Of a DNA stretch of 64,000 nt, positions 12,958 through 24,386 are shown piece by piece (within the stretch, counting starts at the first letter, position 1; every line of letters begins with the position of its first letter). This stretch comes from Cirrosporium novae-zelandiae (taxonomy: Eukaryota). The position numbers and the translations under genes are program-made. The stretch lies in contig JAPETS010000022.1 in assembly GCA_026023565.1 (NCBI GenBank), positions 310,001 through 374,000 on the forward strand, in the 5' to 3' direction. The notes beneath the pieces are model-generated. The model was not told where the DNA came from. It saw only the letters and a program-made list of their open reading frames with translations, and ran no database searches.

Positions 12958-14320
12958 ATGACCTCCACCGAGATACAAACATGGACAGTTTCCGAAGTAG
13001 TTCTCCACATCTTACCTTCTCACTTGCTAGTAGTAGGAGAGGCAAAGCTGATCAAATCCCCTTGATAATTCTTCTAGCCCTATATCCCATTCCACGGTGC
13101 TCTGCTCGAAGCACCGATCCACGACACCGCTGGGGGTCTTAACCGCCTTCGCCTTGTTGATATAGGAACGAAACAGATTCACTTTGTGGATCTGGATAAG
13201 GGACCGGAGAGTTTGAAGAGCTTCGATACGGGGGATAGCGTTTCGTGGGTTCTTTATTCTTATCTTTGTTTGCTTTTTTTAGTGGCTTATATGTCTGGAT
13301 CTGTGTTTACGTTGCGCAATTTGACTTTCTTCTCTTTTTCTCTATCTTCTTCGTGTCTTTTTCTTTTCCACTTGTGCATTCCATGACATATAAACACCAT
13401 CCCCGTCAAGACTCTAATTCTAACAGCCAACGAATGGGCCAAACAGAACTACTGCAGATATTGACGGCGACAAGGACAACATCATCGTAGGAGCTAAATA
13501 TGGATTCGCACTCCTGGACAAGAAAACAGGAAAGTTAGAATATGTCGCCAAGCTGTGGAACGACACCGACCCCGAAGGAACAGCTGAAAAGTATTCATTC
13601 TCCTCTCCCTCCTCTCCACTTCCTCACTCACCCCCCCATAATATCCAACCCTCCACACCCTAAAAGCAAACAAAAAAACTAACTCTCCACCAACCTTCCA
13701 GAATGCGTCTCAACGACGGCGCCGTTGATACCCGCGGCCGCTACTGGGCCGGCGCAATGCTCGACCCTGAATCTGGCTACCGGCCCAACCAGCCCGTAGG
13801 GATCCTCTTCCGCCTCGACGCGGACCTAACCCTGCACCGTATGCTCACGGGCCTCACCATCCCCAACGGCATGGGCTGGAACGCCCTCGACACGACCTTC
13901 TACATAACCGACTCCCCCACACGCACAATCTGGGCCTTCGACTACCAATCCGCCCCCGGCACAATCTCCAACCGTCGTCCCTTCTTCACCCTCCCCAACA
14001 CTCCCGACTACGAAGGTGGTGTCCCGGATGGATTCGCTATGGACTCGTTGGGGTTCGTATGGTCGTGTGTTTTTGGGAAGGGGGTTGTTGTGAGGATTTC
14101 CCCGGGTGGTGGGGAGGTGGTGGCTAGGGTGAAGATTCCTACGAGGTGTGCGACTTGTCCGACGTTTGTGGGGAGGAGTCTGTTTGTTTGTAGTGCCAAG
14201 GAGGAGGAGCCGGAGAGGTTTAAGGAGGAGGTGAGTTTGAGGAACCAGGGGTGTTTGTTTCGGGTGGAGGATGTGGGAGTGGAGGGGGTGGAGCGGGGGA
14301 AGTTTCGGTTTAAGTGTTGA
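12958..14320 (+). CDS. SMP-30/gluconolactonase/LRE-family (regucalcin-like) protein, 4 exons
   Basis: Spliced reading MTSTEIQTWTVSE|PYIPFHGALLEAP...GDSVS|TTADIDG...AKYGFALLD...|MRLNDGAVDTRGRYWAGAM...IPNGMGW...PDGFAMD. First intron 12997-13077. The ND, NG and PDG metal-site motifs of the family are present. Confidence 0.92.
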
Positions 14321-14459
14321 GGGGGAGACGTTGAAGTAGTATAGGTCATAAGTACGTATATACGATCCAAAATACCTCACAAGCACGCCCACCCACCCGC
14401 TATACATTATACATCACATCAGAAAAGAGAAAAACCCAGAAACCCAAACCCAAACCGAC

Positions 14460-14568
14460 AACATTCTTACCTACCTACCTACCTACCTACCCATCTAACC
14501 AACTAAACCAAAAGGAACGTGGGATATCTATCCACTACCTACCTACCTAGTGTTAGGATCTATAACCT
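14460..14568 (-). repeat. copy A of dispersed repeat family (AGGTTATATATCCTAACACT...GATATCCCACGTCCTTTT...GGTAAGAG)
   Basis: The reverse complement aligns with 36618-36700. A further partial copy lies at ~14710-14752. Confidence 0.75.
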
Positions 14569-16714
14569 CACAAACACATCCACCCACCCACCCTCTTATA
14601 TACCATACGTTCATTATACCCTCAAAGCGCAAGATTAGAAAAGCCAAACCAATAATACCAACAAAATACTCTACCCTACCCTACCTATCACCTACCTACC
14701 TACCTACCTACCTAAACTAAACTAAAAGCTAAAAAGGAATGTGGGATATATATTATACATCATCCCAATCTCCCAACAAAGCAGAAAAGAAAAAAGACAA
14801 AAACAAAAACCCAGAAACTCCCTTAAAGACATTGAAGTGTGTAAACGTACTTACATATATACGATTCAAAACCCCTCACGAACAATACCACCCACCCACT
14901 ATGCCCTTATACCCTTATCCCAATCTCCCAATCTCCCAATCTCCCCACAAAGCAGAAAAGCAGAAAGACAGACACAAAGACCCTAACCTAATATACCTAC
15001 CTACCTACCACCACCACTATCAAAACCCAAAACCCAAAACCAAACCCAAAACCCCACGAGTGTATGTGTGTGTATTCCCTATCCCCTATCCCTCACCCAA
15101 CTAACCCCCCCCCCCTCCGGACAAAAAGGGCCATACCCATACCAAGAAATAAAGAAAACCTAAAATATTAACTTAATTCAACTTAACAAAACCCAGATTT
15201 TAACCCTTGGTCCCCTCTTTTTGGTCTCTCAGTCGAGCTATGGCTTCCCCTTTTTTTATTTTTTTTATCTTTTTTTTTCTAGACTTTGACTTTGACTTTG
15301 ACTTTGATTTTGATTTTGATTCTGGGGTTGAGGATGAGGGTGAGGATGAGGGTGAGGGATGAGGATGAGGGATGAAAATATAAATCTGGGCACAAAGTAT
15401 ATACCTGAAAGCTGGGAGGGAAATGAGAAATGAGAAATGAGATGGGGTATATATATATATATATATGTATGTATAACCTTACCTTACCTTACTCAAGAAC
15501 ACCACCTGACCTTACTCATTGGTAAATGTAAATGAAACAGAAGATATTTACTCCATTTTTTGTTCCTTGTTCCTTGTTCCTCCCTCTTCCTCTTTCCGAC
15601 TTATATAACCTCCTCCTCCGTCTATTTATCCCATCTATCTCTCCTTATCCCCCTTCCCACCTTCTTCCCTCTTTTCTTTATTCAACCCTATTACGAATCT
15701 ATTTTTAATTTATTTGATATCAAATAATAGCAACGTTTTGATTTTTTTAATTTTTTTTTTTTTTTTTTCGGTATTAGGTATTAGGTTTGAGCGTTAAGTG
15801 TGTGGAGGGGGAAAGTGGAAATAGTATTTTTTTTGTTGTGTTTTTGTTGTGTGTTGGGAGTGTGAGTGATGTGTGTGTGTGTGTGTGTGGATTTAGGGGA
15901 GTTGAGAAGAGAGTTTGAGAGAGATAGAGCTCAAGAAGAAGAGAAAAAAAAGGGGGAGGGGGGGGGGTAGTTTGGTGATATGTTAAGCCACGTACTAACT
16001 ATACCCATTATCCACATAATATTATAATATAATATGCAAATACTAGGTTTCCTCAGTTGACCCCCCCCCAGCTAACCTTTTGATAATCTAAATATGGTTC
16101 AATATGGTATTCTGGGAAGAGAGGATAGAGGAGAGGAGAGAGGAGAGAGCCAAGGGGGGAGGAGTAGGAGGAAGGGGAATTGCTTCACTGATACTGCTAA
16201 TGCTGTGTGAAAAATCGGTTGTAAGGAACTGTTTTCTCTCGAATATTAGAACATTAGGGCACAATACCTGCACCTAGTACCCACCTACTTTATTCATTAA
16301 GCTAAACATAATATCTATTTTTATTATAAAGAATAGGAGTTGCAGTTGATATTTTAAATGAGAGATCTTTCAATCAGTAAGGGGGGGCAGTAGATTAGAG
16401 TGAAATATGGGGTTGTATTTGTGTTGGTGCTGGTAAAGGGGAGGAAGAGAATTGCTTTGCTGATACTGCTGTGTGGGGGAATCGGTACTGTACAATAGCT
16501 GTGTAGAGTACCTACCTACCTGCCTACCTACCCACCCATCATCATCATTACCATTATAGAAAGAATAAAAACAAAAATACCATTAACCCTAACACCCACA
16601 AAAAAGGGTAAATGTCAATCTATCACATCATCACATCATACCGTAGCTCAACCTACCTCCTAAAGTAAAATAAAGTAAAGTAAAAACTAGTTTTTTTTTT
16701 AAATTATGATGAAG

Positions 16715-16843
16715 GAAGAAGAAGAAGAAGAAGAAGAAGAAGAAGAAGAAGAAGAAGAAGAAGAAGAAGAAGAAGAAGAAGAAGAAGAAGAAGAAGAAGA
16801 AGAAGAAGAAGAAGAAGAAGAAGAAGAAGAAGAAGAAGAAGAA
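16715..16843. repeat. (GAA)43 perfect trinucleotide repeat
   Basis: Directly counted; 129 nt uninterrupted. Confidence 0.97.
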
Positions 16844-17053
16844 ATTGTTAGGGTAATGTAGATATTTTGATAGGAGGGAAGAAGGAAAGAGAGAAAGGGG
16901 GGGGGGGGAGTAAGAGATGGAGAGTTTTGTGGGGATTGTGGGGATTTGTTTGAGGGGGATTTGTTTGAGGGGGATATGTGAGAGGAGGAGAGAGATATGA
17001 GGGAAGGTAAGTGATAAGTAGAGACAAGCGTGTTTGTTACAGCGTACCGTAGC

Positions 17054-17140
17054 CAGGTTATATATCCTAATTAACACTAAGGTTATCCCGCTCAAGTAGC
17101 AGATAGCAGATATCTCATGTTCCTTTTTGGAAGGTAAAGT
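17054..17140 (+). repeat. copy C of dispersed repeat family
   Basis: caggttatatatcctaattaacact...gatatctcatgttcctttttgg..ggtaaag aligns with 36618-36695. Confidence 0.75.
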
Positions 17141-17647
17141 ATCAAGTTCTTGTACTCTGTTAATATTAGGGATAAGTATCGGGATCAATTTTCTTTTATT
17201 TTTTCAAGGGGCCTTTGTTGTAGTTGATGGTCAGTTATCAAAAGATGGCTGGGCTACTGGATGGATAACTGGTCTTGCATGATACGATATATGGCCCATG
17301 GGGGAGTGTGGTGTAGTCAGTAAGTGTGTAACGCAATAAATCAAATAAATTTAGATAGAAAATAGGAGTCACGGGCTTTGCCGCCTATGATGTCAGGTAT
17401 TTAACAGAAACGGCTATCGGCGTTATTTATGTAATAGCACGCGCTTTTTCAGAGCTCTATTATCCACAAGTCACGTACCCGTCAACCTCGACCTTTATTC
17501 ATTCTCACAAACTTGAAATTGATCTGATTTTTGTTCAATTCAATTGGGTACGTGTTCCTTGGCATTGCATTTATTTCCAAGGGATTACTCCAACGTTATC
17601 CTTACACGCCCTTTGAGTTTATCACACCCCTCCCCTTGATCATCAAC

Positions 17648-19255
17648 ATGCCCCCAAAGGGATCTAAGCGCAAAGCTCCAGCAGAGGAAACCAATCCTTT
17701 GAATAGTCATCAGTCTCCCAAGGAGCCTAGAACACCTGAACCACAAAAATCGCCACCAATGCCTGAAACCGCAGCTTCGTCGCGCCCAAAGCGCGATGGT
17801 GGTCATATCAACTATTCGGATACCAAACGAAGAGTTTCAAAATCAGAACTTCCTGGCAAGATAATTAATACCCCTGAAGTGAATGGGACACCTGTTCGAA
17901 AGCGCGGTAGGCCTAAGAAGCAGCAAGTCGAGACCGAAGTCACCTCTACCTCACCTCAACAAAAGCGCAAGCGTGGCAGACCTTCAAAGGCAGATTCTAC
18001 TACAGGACAACCTGCCTCTAAAAAACTTGCCCTAGAGCAACCTTCCCCGGAGGTATCGAGAAGGCGCGGAAGGCCTCCTTTGAACCACGATGCTGCAGAC
18101 ACTCCCAGAAAAGCTGGAAGACCAAAGACTAACTTGGACAGCGCCAAAGGCAAGGCCCCTGCTAAGCCAGCTGCAAAGACCAGCGCTCGAAACTATAATA
18201 GAACCGCTCCAAAAGCAAGAGGCGCACCTGACCCGGATGACTCTGACATGCCAAGAGCAAGCATGGAAAACTCTCATCCTGAAAATGCCGATGATGATTT
18301 GGAGGATTACGATGGCCCTATGTATTGGCTGTTCAAATCTGAACCAGAAACACGGATGGAGGGAAATAAGGATGTGCGTTTCTCTATTAGTGATCTCGAA
18401 GCTTGCACTGAGCCAGAACCATGGGAGGGTGAGCCCCCTTTAATTTTGGAGACCTCTATTCTACAAGTATTGACAAAATATAGGTATTCGTAATCCTGTC
18501 GCGAGGAACAACATGCGCTTGATGAGAGAAGGAGAACTTGGTTTCTTTTATCATTCTAATTGCAAGGTACCGGGTATCGTTGGAACCGTGAAGATTGTCA
18601 AGGAGCACGAGCCAGATCGTAAGCCACCGCTATCAAATATTTGTTTATATTTGGCTAATGATGAACAGCAACCGCCTTTGACCCCAAATCCATATACTAT
18701 GACCCTAAATCGAACCCTTCCAAACCAAAATGGGACCAAGTACATGTCGAATTTCATTCAAAGTTTGACGAAAAGATTACTTTGACCGAGTTAAAGTCCT
18801 ACTCGCACCCCGGTGAAGCATTATCAAAATTGGAAACCTTGGTGAAAGCGCGACTAAGCGTCTCCAGGGTTAAAAAATCCGAATGGGATTTTATTATGAG
18901 TCTCGTCATGGATGATATCGAAGTAGATTCTGAAATGATTCATGACAATATTTTGCAGGTAGAAACTAGTGCCAAGGAAGCCAACGTTCAGGAAGCCAAT
19001 ATCCAGGAAGCCAATATCCAGGAAACAATCGCCGAAGAAATAGGGGTCCAAGAAACAACTACCAAAGAAACAAATACCGAAGAAAGCAATGTTCAAGAAA
19101 CAACCGCCGAAGAAACAACTGTCAAAGAGAGCAATATCCAGGAGATGAAAGCTCAGGAAACCATCGCGGAAACCCGGACCAACGACGTTGCCCCGGTCCC
19201 TATTGTTAGACGGCTTGCCCACAAAGAGGCTAGGGTGTTGATGGAATTCGCTTGA
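17648..19255 (+). CDS. AT-hook + EVE domain protein (THYN1/thymocyte nuclear protein 1-like), 3 exons
   Basis: Several AT-hooks (RKRGRPKK, KRGRPSK, RRGRPP, AGRPK). EVE motifs YWLFKSEP...WEG|IRNPVARNNMR...FFYHSNCKVPGIVG...YYDPKS...RLSVSRV. Introns at ~18429-18483 and ~18619-18668. Confidence 0.9.
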
Positions 19256-19521
19256 TAAGCCACACGCTTCTTTGGAATCTAGCTTTGGAATTGCTTAGGA
19301 AAAGGAGCTACATGGAAAATTTACAATGGAAATGGAGCTATTTTTTGGCGTTGCAGTGCAGTCAGTCATGTGATCCCGTGACAACGTGCGTCTACCCCCT
19401 GATATGCATATGCTGCAGGAAGACAGACACAAATACAAATACAAATATTCATACATTGTAGGCAGAACCGACAAATGGAAATAAAAAAACCCTAACTACT
19501 ACCACTCCTACTTTACTACCC

Positions 19522-20280
19522 TTAACTAGCCGGCCGTAAAGCATAAAACCTAACCGGATACAGCTCTCTAGGAAACCCCTTCTGAAGCTCCGTCCTAACA
19601 ATCTCAAGCCCAGCCTGTTGAAAAATAGAACGGAATTTGGAATCTGCCCTGGTGACGCTGCTATCAAGTTCATCAAATATATCTGACCCGTCGGTGTTGG
19701 TGCTCATGTTTTCTTTGACGACGATCCAGCCATCTTCTTCTTGGGATACGGCATCGCGACACCGTTTTAGGTATTGGAGTAGTTGGGAGTCGGTTAGATG
19801 GCCTAGGCACCATTGGTTCCAGATCAAATCGTAAGTTTTAATGGGTTTCCAGTCCTCAAGACCCACGACATATATATCCCCAACCTTCTCCCCCTCCCCC
19901 CCTGCTTTCCCCCACCTCCTCACCTCCCCCACAAACTTCTCCACCGGCTCCACAACATCCACCACCTCCCCAACCTCCACCAAAAACCCCTTTGTAACCC
20001 GTCCAATCCCAGCCCCGCAATCCACAACCCGCTTTAGCTTCTTTCCCTTTCCCTTTCCACCATTTGTAGCACTCGTGGAAGTGGGCCAGCGACGTAGCTT
20101 GGCAAGAAAGTTTTTGGAGCCCTGGAGATCGACGCGGGAGATGTAGGGGTAGCCGCCTAGCATTCCGGATATGTTGGGGGGGATGGAGTTCCAGTAGGTT
20201 AGGGAGGCGGTGGGGGAGATTTGGGAGTCTGGTGGTGGTAGTGGAAGGGGGGGAGGGTGGTTGGATGATGATGATGACAT
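19522..20280 (-). CDS. NTM1: alpha-N-terminal protein methyltransferase 1 (NTM1/Tae1 family)
   Basis: GMLGGY..ISRVDLQGS, DCGAGIGRVT, YDLIWNQWCLGHLTD, VKEN, DSSVTR, FPRELYPV motifs; intronless. Confidence 0.93.
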   Translation of the reverse strand: MSSSSSNHPPPLPLPPPDSQISPTASLTYWNSIPPNISGMLGGYPYISRVDLQGSKNFLAKLRRWPTSTSATNGGKGKGKKLKRVVDCGAGIGRVTKGFLVEVGEVVDVVEPVEKFVGEVRRWGKAGGEGEKVGDIYVVGLEDWKPIKTYDLIWNQWCLGHLTDSQLLQYLKRCRDAVSQEEDGWIVVKENMSTNTDGSDIFDELDSSVTRADSKFRSIFQQAGLEIVRTELQKGFPRELYPVRFYALRPAS

Positions 20281-21267
20281 TGTAAGTTAGGAGGTAGGGC
20301 GTGGTGAAGGACCGAAGTTTTTTTTTCTGTTGGGATGTTGGATATTGGATGTTGGAAGGGCTGGGTTGGTTTTTTCGAGGGCGCGCGCTTCCAGTCTAGG
20401 GATCCCTTGAAGGGGAAAATGGTTGGTCAAAGCCAAGGCTAAGATTGTTGTTGTTGAGTAAACAATGATGATGTACTTTCGAAAGTATGGGTTATTGCGT
20501 TATCGGGATTTGCATTGTATTGTAAGCATATACCCCATTTGGGGTCGCCGGGGGGGGGAGGGTTGGATGGTTGGGATGAATATGGGCATTAGTAGATCAT
20601 ATCTATATCTTGCGATAAAAAGTTGTTAATTACTAGATATGTTAATAAGCCCTAGAAAAGGTAACGTTGAAGAAAGTACCTAAATACCTAGGTAGTTAAC
20701 CTAATAGGTTGGGTAGGTTAAGGTGGGGAGGGGTTCTAGGTTCTACAGCTTATTTTTTGAGGCTAAAATCCGATGAGGAGCCGAGAGAGAATCAACCTTT
20801 CCTCCAAACAGGCAACTCTATCCTTTTTCCCACGTGGCCATGATTTTTTATCCTTTTCAAAGACCGTTTTTTATCTTTTGATAAGGAAGAACTAATGGAA
20901 AACCTCCATTACCCCTCGGTAACTTGGTTGGGGTCCCTACCGATAACGAAATAATGACGTGGGGTTGACCTTCCTGAGTGCAATCTTGAGTCTACGTAGT
21001 AGAGTTACCCAAGGGATAAACCATGCGTATCTACAAAACTACCTCCACACTTGTTCCCCCCCCCTTGGACCTGGGCATGGGAGCATGGGAGTGGATAACC
21101 AACCAACCAACCCCCCCGTGCCCTCCTCAATTGTGTAAAACCCCATCTGTGCTATGTATGCTATGCCGCAATGCAACTTATTAATAAATACCTGCCGTGT
21201 TTGTGTATCTCTGTATCTCTGTATCTCTGTATCTACCACTCTCCCCTCTCCCCCACCCACCTTACAA

Positions 21268-23087
21268 ATGTTCTACTATTTTACCCGTCGCCCCTCTTCC
21301 ATTGTTTCTACTATTTCCAAAAACTTTCCATCTTCCTCCTCCTCACGTTTCCTCATCATCCATTCAAAAAGAAGATCTTTTGCGACCAACAACATGGCCA
21401 GCAGTGACTTGGTAGTAGAGCTTACAGCTCCCAATGGGCGGAAGATTAGTTTACCTACTGGACTTTTTATTAACAATGAGTTTGTTAAGTCCAAGTCGGG
21501 GGAGAAGATTACTAGTATCAATCCGAGGTATGATATGATATTCCTACAGTGTCTGGTTTTGGGTTGAATGCTAAGGTGGTTTCTTCTTTTCGCATAGCGA
21601 TGAGAGTGAGATAGCATCCGTGTATGCAGCAAGCGAAGAAGATGTCGACATTGCTGTTAAAGCTGCACGTGCGGCTTTCAGGAACCCCTCATGGCGGGAG
21701 ATGTCACCAACTGATCGAGGGAAGCTTATGATCAAGTTGTCGGAGTTGGTTGAAGAGCACAAGGAGACTTTGGCTACCCTTGAAACATGGGATAATGGTA
21801 AATTTAGGCTGACACCCTTGAACGGCATAAATGCTAATACATACTTTCGTTGACAGGGAAACCATACTCTGTTGCTTTGAACGAGGATCTTGGTGAAGTT
21901 TCTGGCACCATTAGATATTATGGTATTTTCCCTCTCTGGTGGCTCTCCCTGAATTGTAGGTTAACCTCTTTTTAGGTGGCTATGCGGATAAAATCCATGG
22001 CCAGGTAATTGATACCGGCAGTGCCAAGTTTGCATATACCATTCGGGAACCCCTGGGAGTCTGCGGTCAGATCATCCCCTGGAATTACCCTCTTGCCATG
22101 GCTGCATGGAAGCTTGGCCCAGCGCTTGCCTGTGGAAATACTGTTGTGATGAAGCCTGCCGAGCAGACACCCATCTCTATTCTCTACTTTGCGAAACTCA
22201 TCGTCGAAGCTGGTTTTCCTCCTGGTGTTGTCAACATCGTGAATGGTTTGGGCAGAAGTTGCGGTAATGCGATTGCAGCCCACCCCGATATTGATAAAGT
22301 CGCTTTCACTGGTTCTACGATTACAGGTCGTCAAGTTATGAAGACTGCATCTGGAACTATGAAAAATATTACTCTCGAGACAGGTGGAAAGTCACCTCTC
22401 CTTGTTTTTGAGGACTGTGATCTCGATCAAGCAGCTAAATGGGCTCACGTTGGCATAATGTCTAATCAAGGTCAGATATGCACGGCCACCTCTCGAATCT
22501 TAGTACAAGAGTCAATCTACGACGCCTTTGTTGAGAAATTCAAAGAAGTAGTCAAAAACATCAGCAAAGTTGGGGATCCATTCAAAGACGACACGTTCCA
22601 GGGACCCCAAGTCACAAAGGGTCAATATGAGCGCGTTCTCTCGTACATTGAATCTGGCAAGTCAGAAGGTGCGACATTGGCCCTTGGCGGAGAGCCAGTG
22701 AAAGATGTCAATGGCAAAGGTTTCTTTGTTTCCCCTACCGTCTTTACCAATGTCACCGACAACATGAAGATCTACAAAGAAGAGATCTTCGGGCCATTTG
22801 TTGTCATTGCTTCCTTTACCACAGAAGAGGATGCGCTTAGCCGTGCCAACGATACCACTTATGGATTAGGAAGTGCCATCTTCACAAAAGATATCGAGAG
22901 GGCTCATCGCGTAGCTAAGAACATCGAGGCTGGCATGGTGTGGATTAACAGCAGCAACGACAGCGATTTCAGGGTTCCATTTGGAGGCGTCAAGCAGAGT
23001 GGAATCGGTCGGGAGTTGGGTGAGGCAGGGCTTCAGGCATATTCCAACGTGAAAGCCGTCCACGTCAATTTGGGAACGAAGCTGTGA
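21268..23087 (+). CDS. aldehyde dehydrogenase (ALDH1/2 family), 4 exons; alternative in-frame start at 21394
   Basis: PTGLFINNEF, IIPWNYP, KPAEQTP, FTGST, LETGGKSP (catalytic Glu), NQGQICTA (catalytic Cys), EEIFGP, PFGGVKQSG. Confidence 0.96.
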
Positions 23088-23427
23088 TGAATTTTGTAAA
23101 ACTAGAAAATCAAAAGGTTCGGAACAGAGAAGGTTGTTGCATGCTGAAAAGGTAAAAATTGCGACGCATCCAAGATGCAAGGATTATTTAGGGATTCAAG
23201 ACCTTTAATTAATACCTTCTGTTACCTCTATAAATTTGTTCCCAGTAGAAACGTGAAAATAGAGCTTTGCTGTGAAGGGGTGACGTACTGAAGTACCTCT
23301 ATAACACTGAGTCTTATAGCTGGGTCTTATAGGGCTGAACAATAAACCTCGGGCACTCAATAACATTTCAATCCCTTCAATTAAATTCCCACATTTCCTC
23401 CCCACCCTTCCCACCCAACCTTTAATT

Positions 23428-24386
23428 ATGGCCCCAATCCGCCGCTACCTCCGCATTTCAAAACATTCCGTCCTTGAAACCCGTATATACCTTGACAACC
23501 CCGCCGATGCCTCCTCCCGCTGGCTATTAAACCCCCGAGACCCTGTCCTCCCCCGCGTCATCCAAAGCGTTCGGCCTCTGGTGCTTTCTAAATTGCGCGA
23601 GGAGAATGAACGAGAGTGGAATAGGACAAAGGGGAAAAAGGCAAAGGCAAAGGGGGTGAAGGATGTTGTTGTTCAAGGTGAATATTTAAATAATTATTGA
23701 GGTTGCTAATGTTTCCGTATGCATCTAATAAGATACATTAAATACAATATAGCTGGCTAACTTGTTCTGTATCTTTAGACGACTTTGAGGTTTCTATTTA
23801 TCTCACCGAGGAAAGCATGCGCCATTCCGTTCTCACACGTTTCAAGACCTTTGTGTCTGACCCTCGGAAGCTAAAAAGCAATTCCAACAAACTCACCGGT
23901 GATACCGAAGCTGACCCAATCGAACTGGGCGACACTGCTGTTCCTCCCGTTGTCTTGAGAGAAGAAAGCGATGACCATAGCGATGGGAGGGTCGCGCTTG
24001 AGGATATTCCTTTCGCAGTGCAGAGTAGTTCCGAGGAGCCGGAAGAAATGTTGAATCGCAGGAAAAGAAGACGCGGTGGTGCTGGGTCCGAAAGGCCTGA
24101 GGATACTGAAGCCTCGTCCGGGGATGAAGAGGACGAGGAAGATGACATTGCGCCCGTTTTCAAGAAAGCAAAAATGACTGGGCTTGACGGCGACGAAAAG
24201 AAAAAGGGGATGAAAACGATATATGACGGCTTCGCCATTTACGGGCGCATCCTTTGCCTCGTGGTTAAACGAACAGGTGGTAGCAGGTCAATAGGCGGAC
24301 CCGGCTCCTCGCAGGGGGGAGGAAAAGCAATGATGGAAGAGTGGATCACATCTACACAGGTTAATAAAGAGATTGGTAGGGAATGA
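23428..24386 (+). CDS. conserved fungal hypothetical protein, 2 exons
   Basis: Exon 1 MAPIRRYLRISKHSVLETRIYLDNP...VVVQ, then intron ~23678-23778, then DDFEVSIYLTEESMRHSVL...YDGFAIYGRILCLVVKR...MMEEWI. Reads as a widely conserved Pezizomycotina protein; function unknown. Confidence 0.8.

Noticed and set aside
16584..16593. TAACCCTAAC as a telomerase RNA template (also TTAGGGTTA near 57054)
   Set aside because: Short matches inside low-complexity spacers; no pseudoknot or CR4/5-like element recognised.
16631..17188. 185-aa poly-Phe ORF
   Set aside because: Artefact of the (GAA)43 tract.
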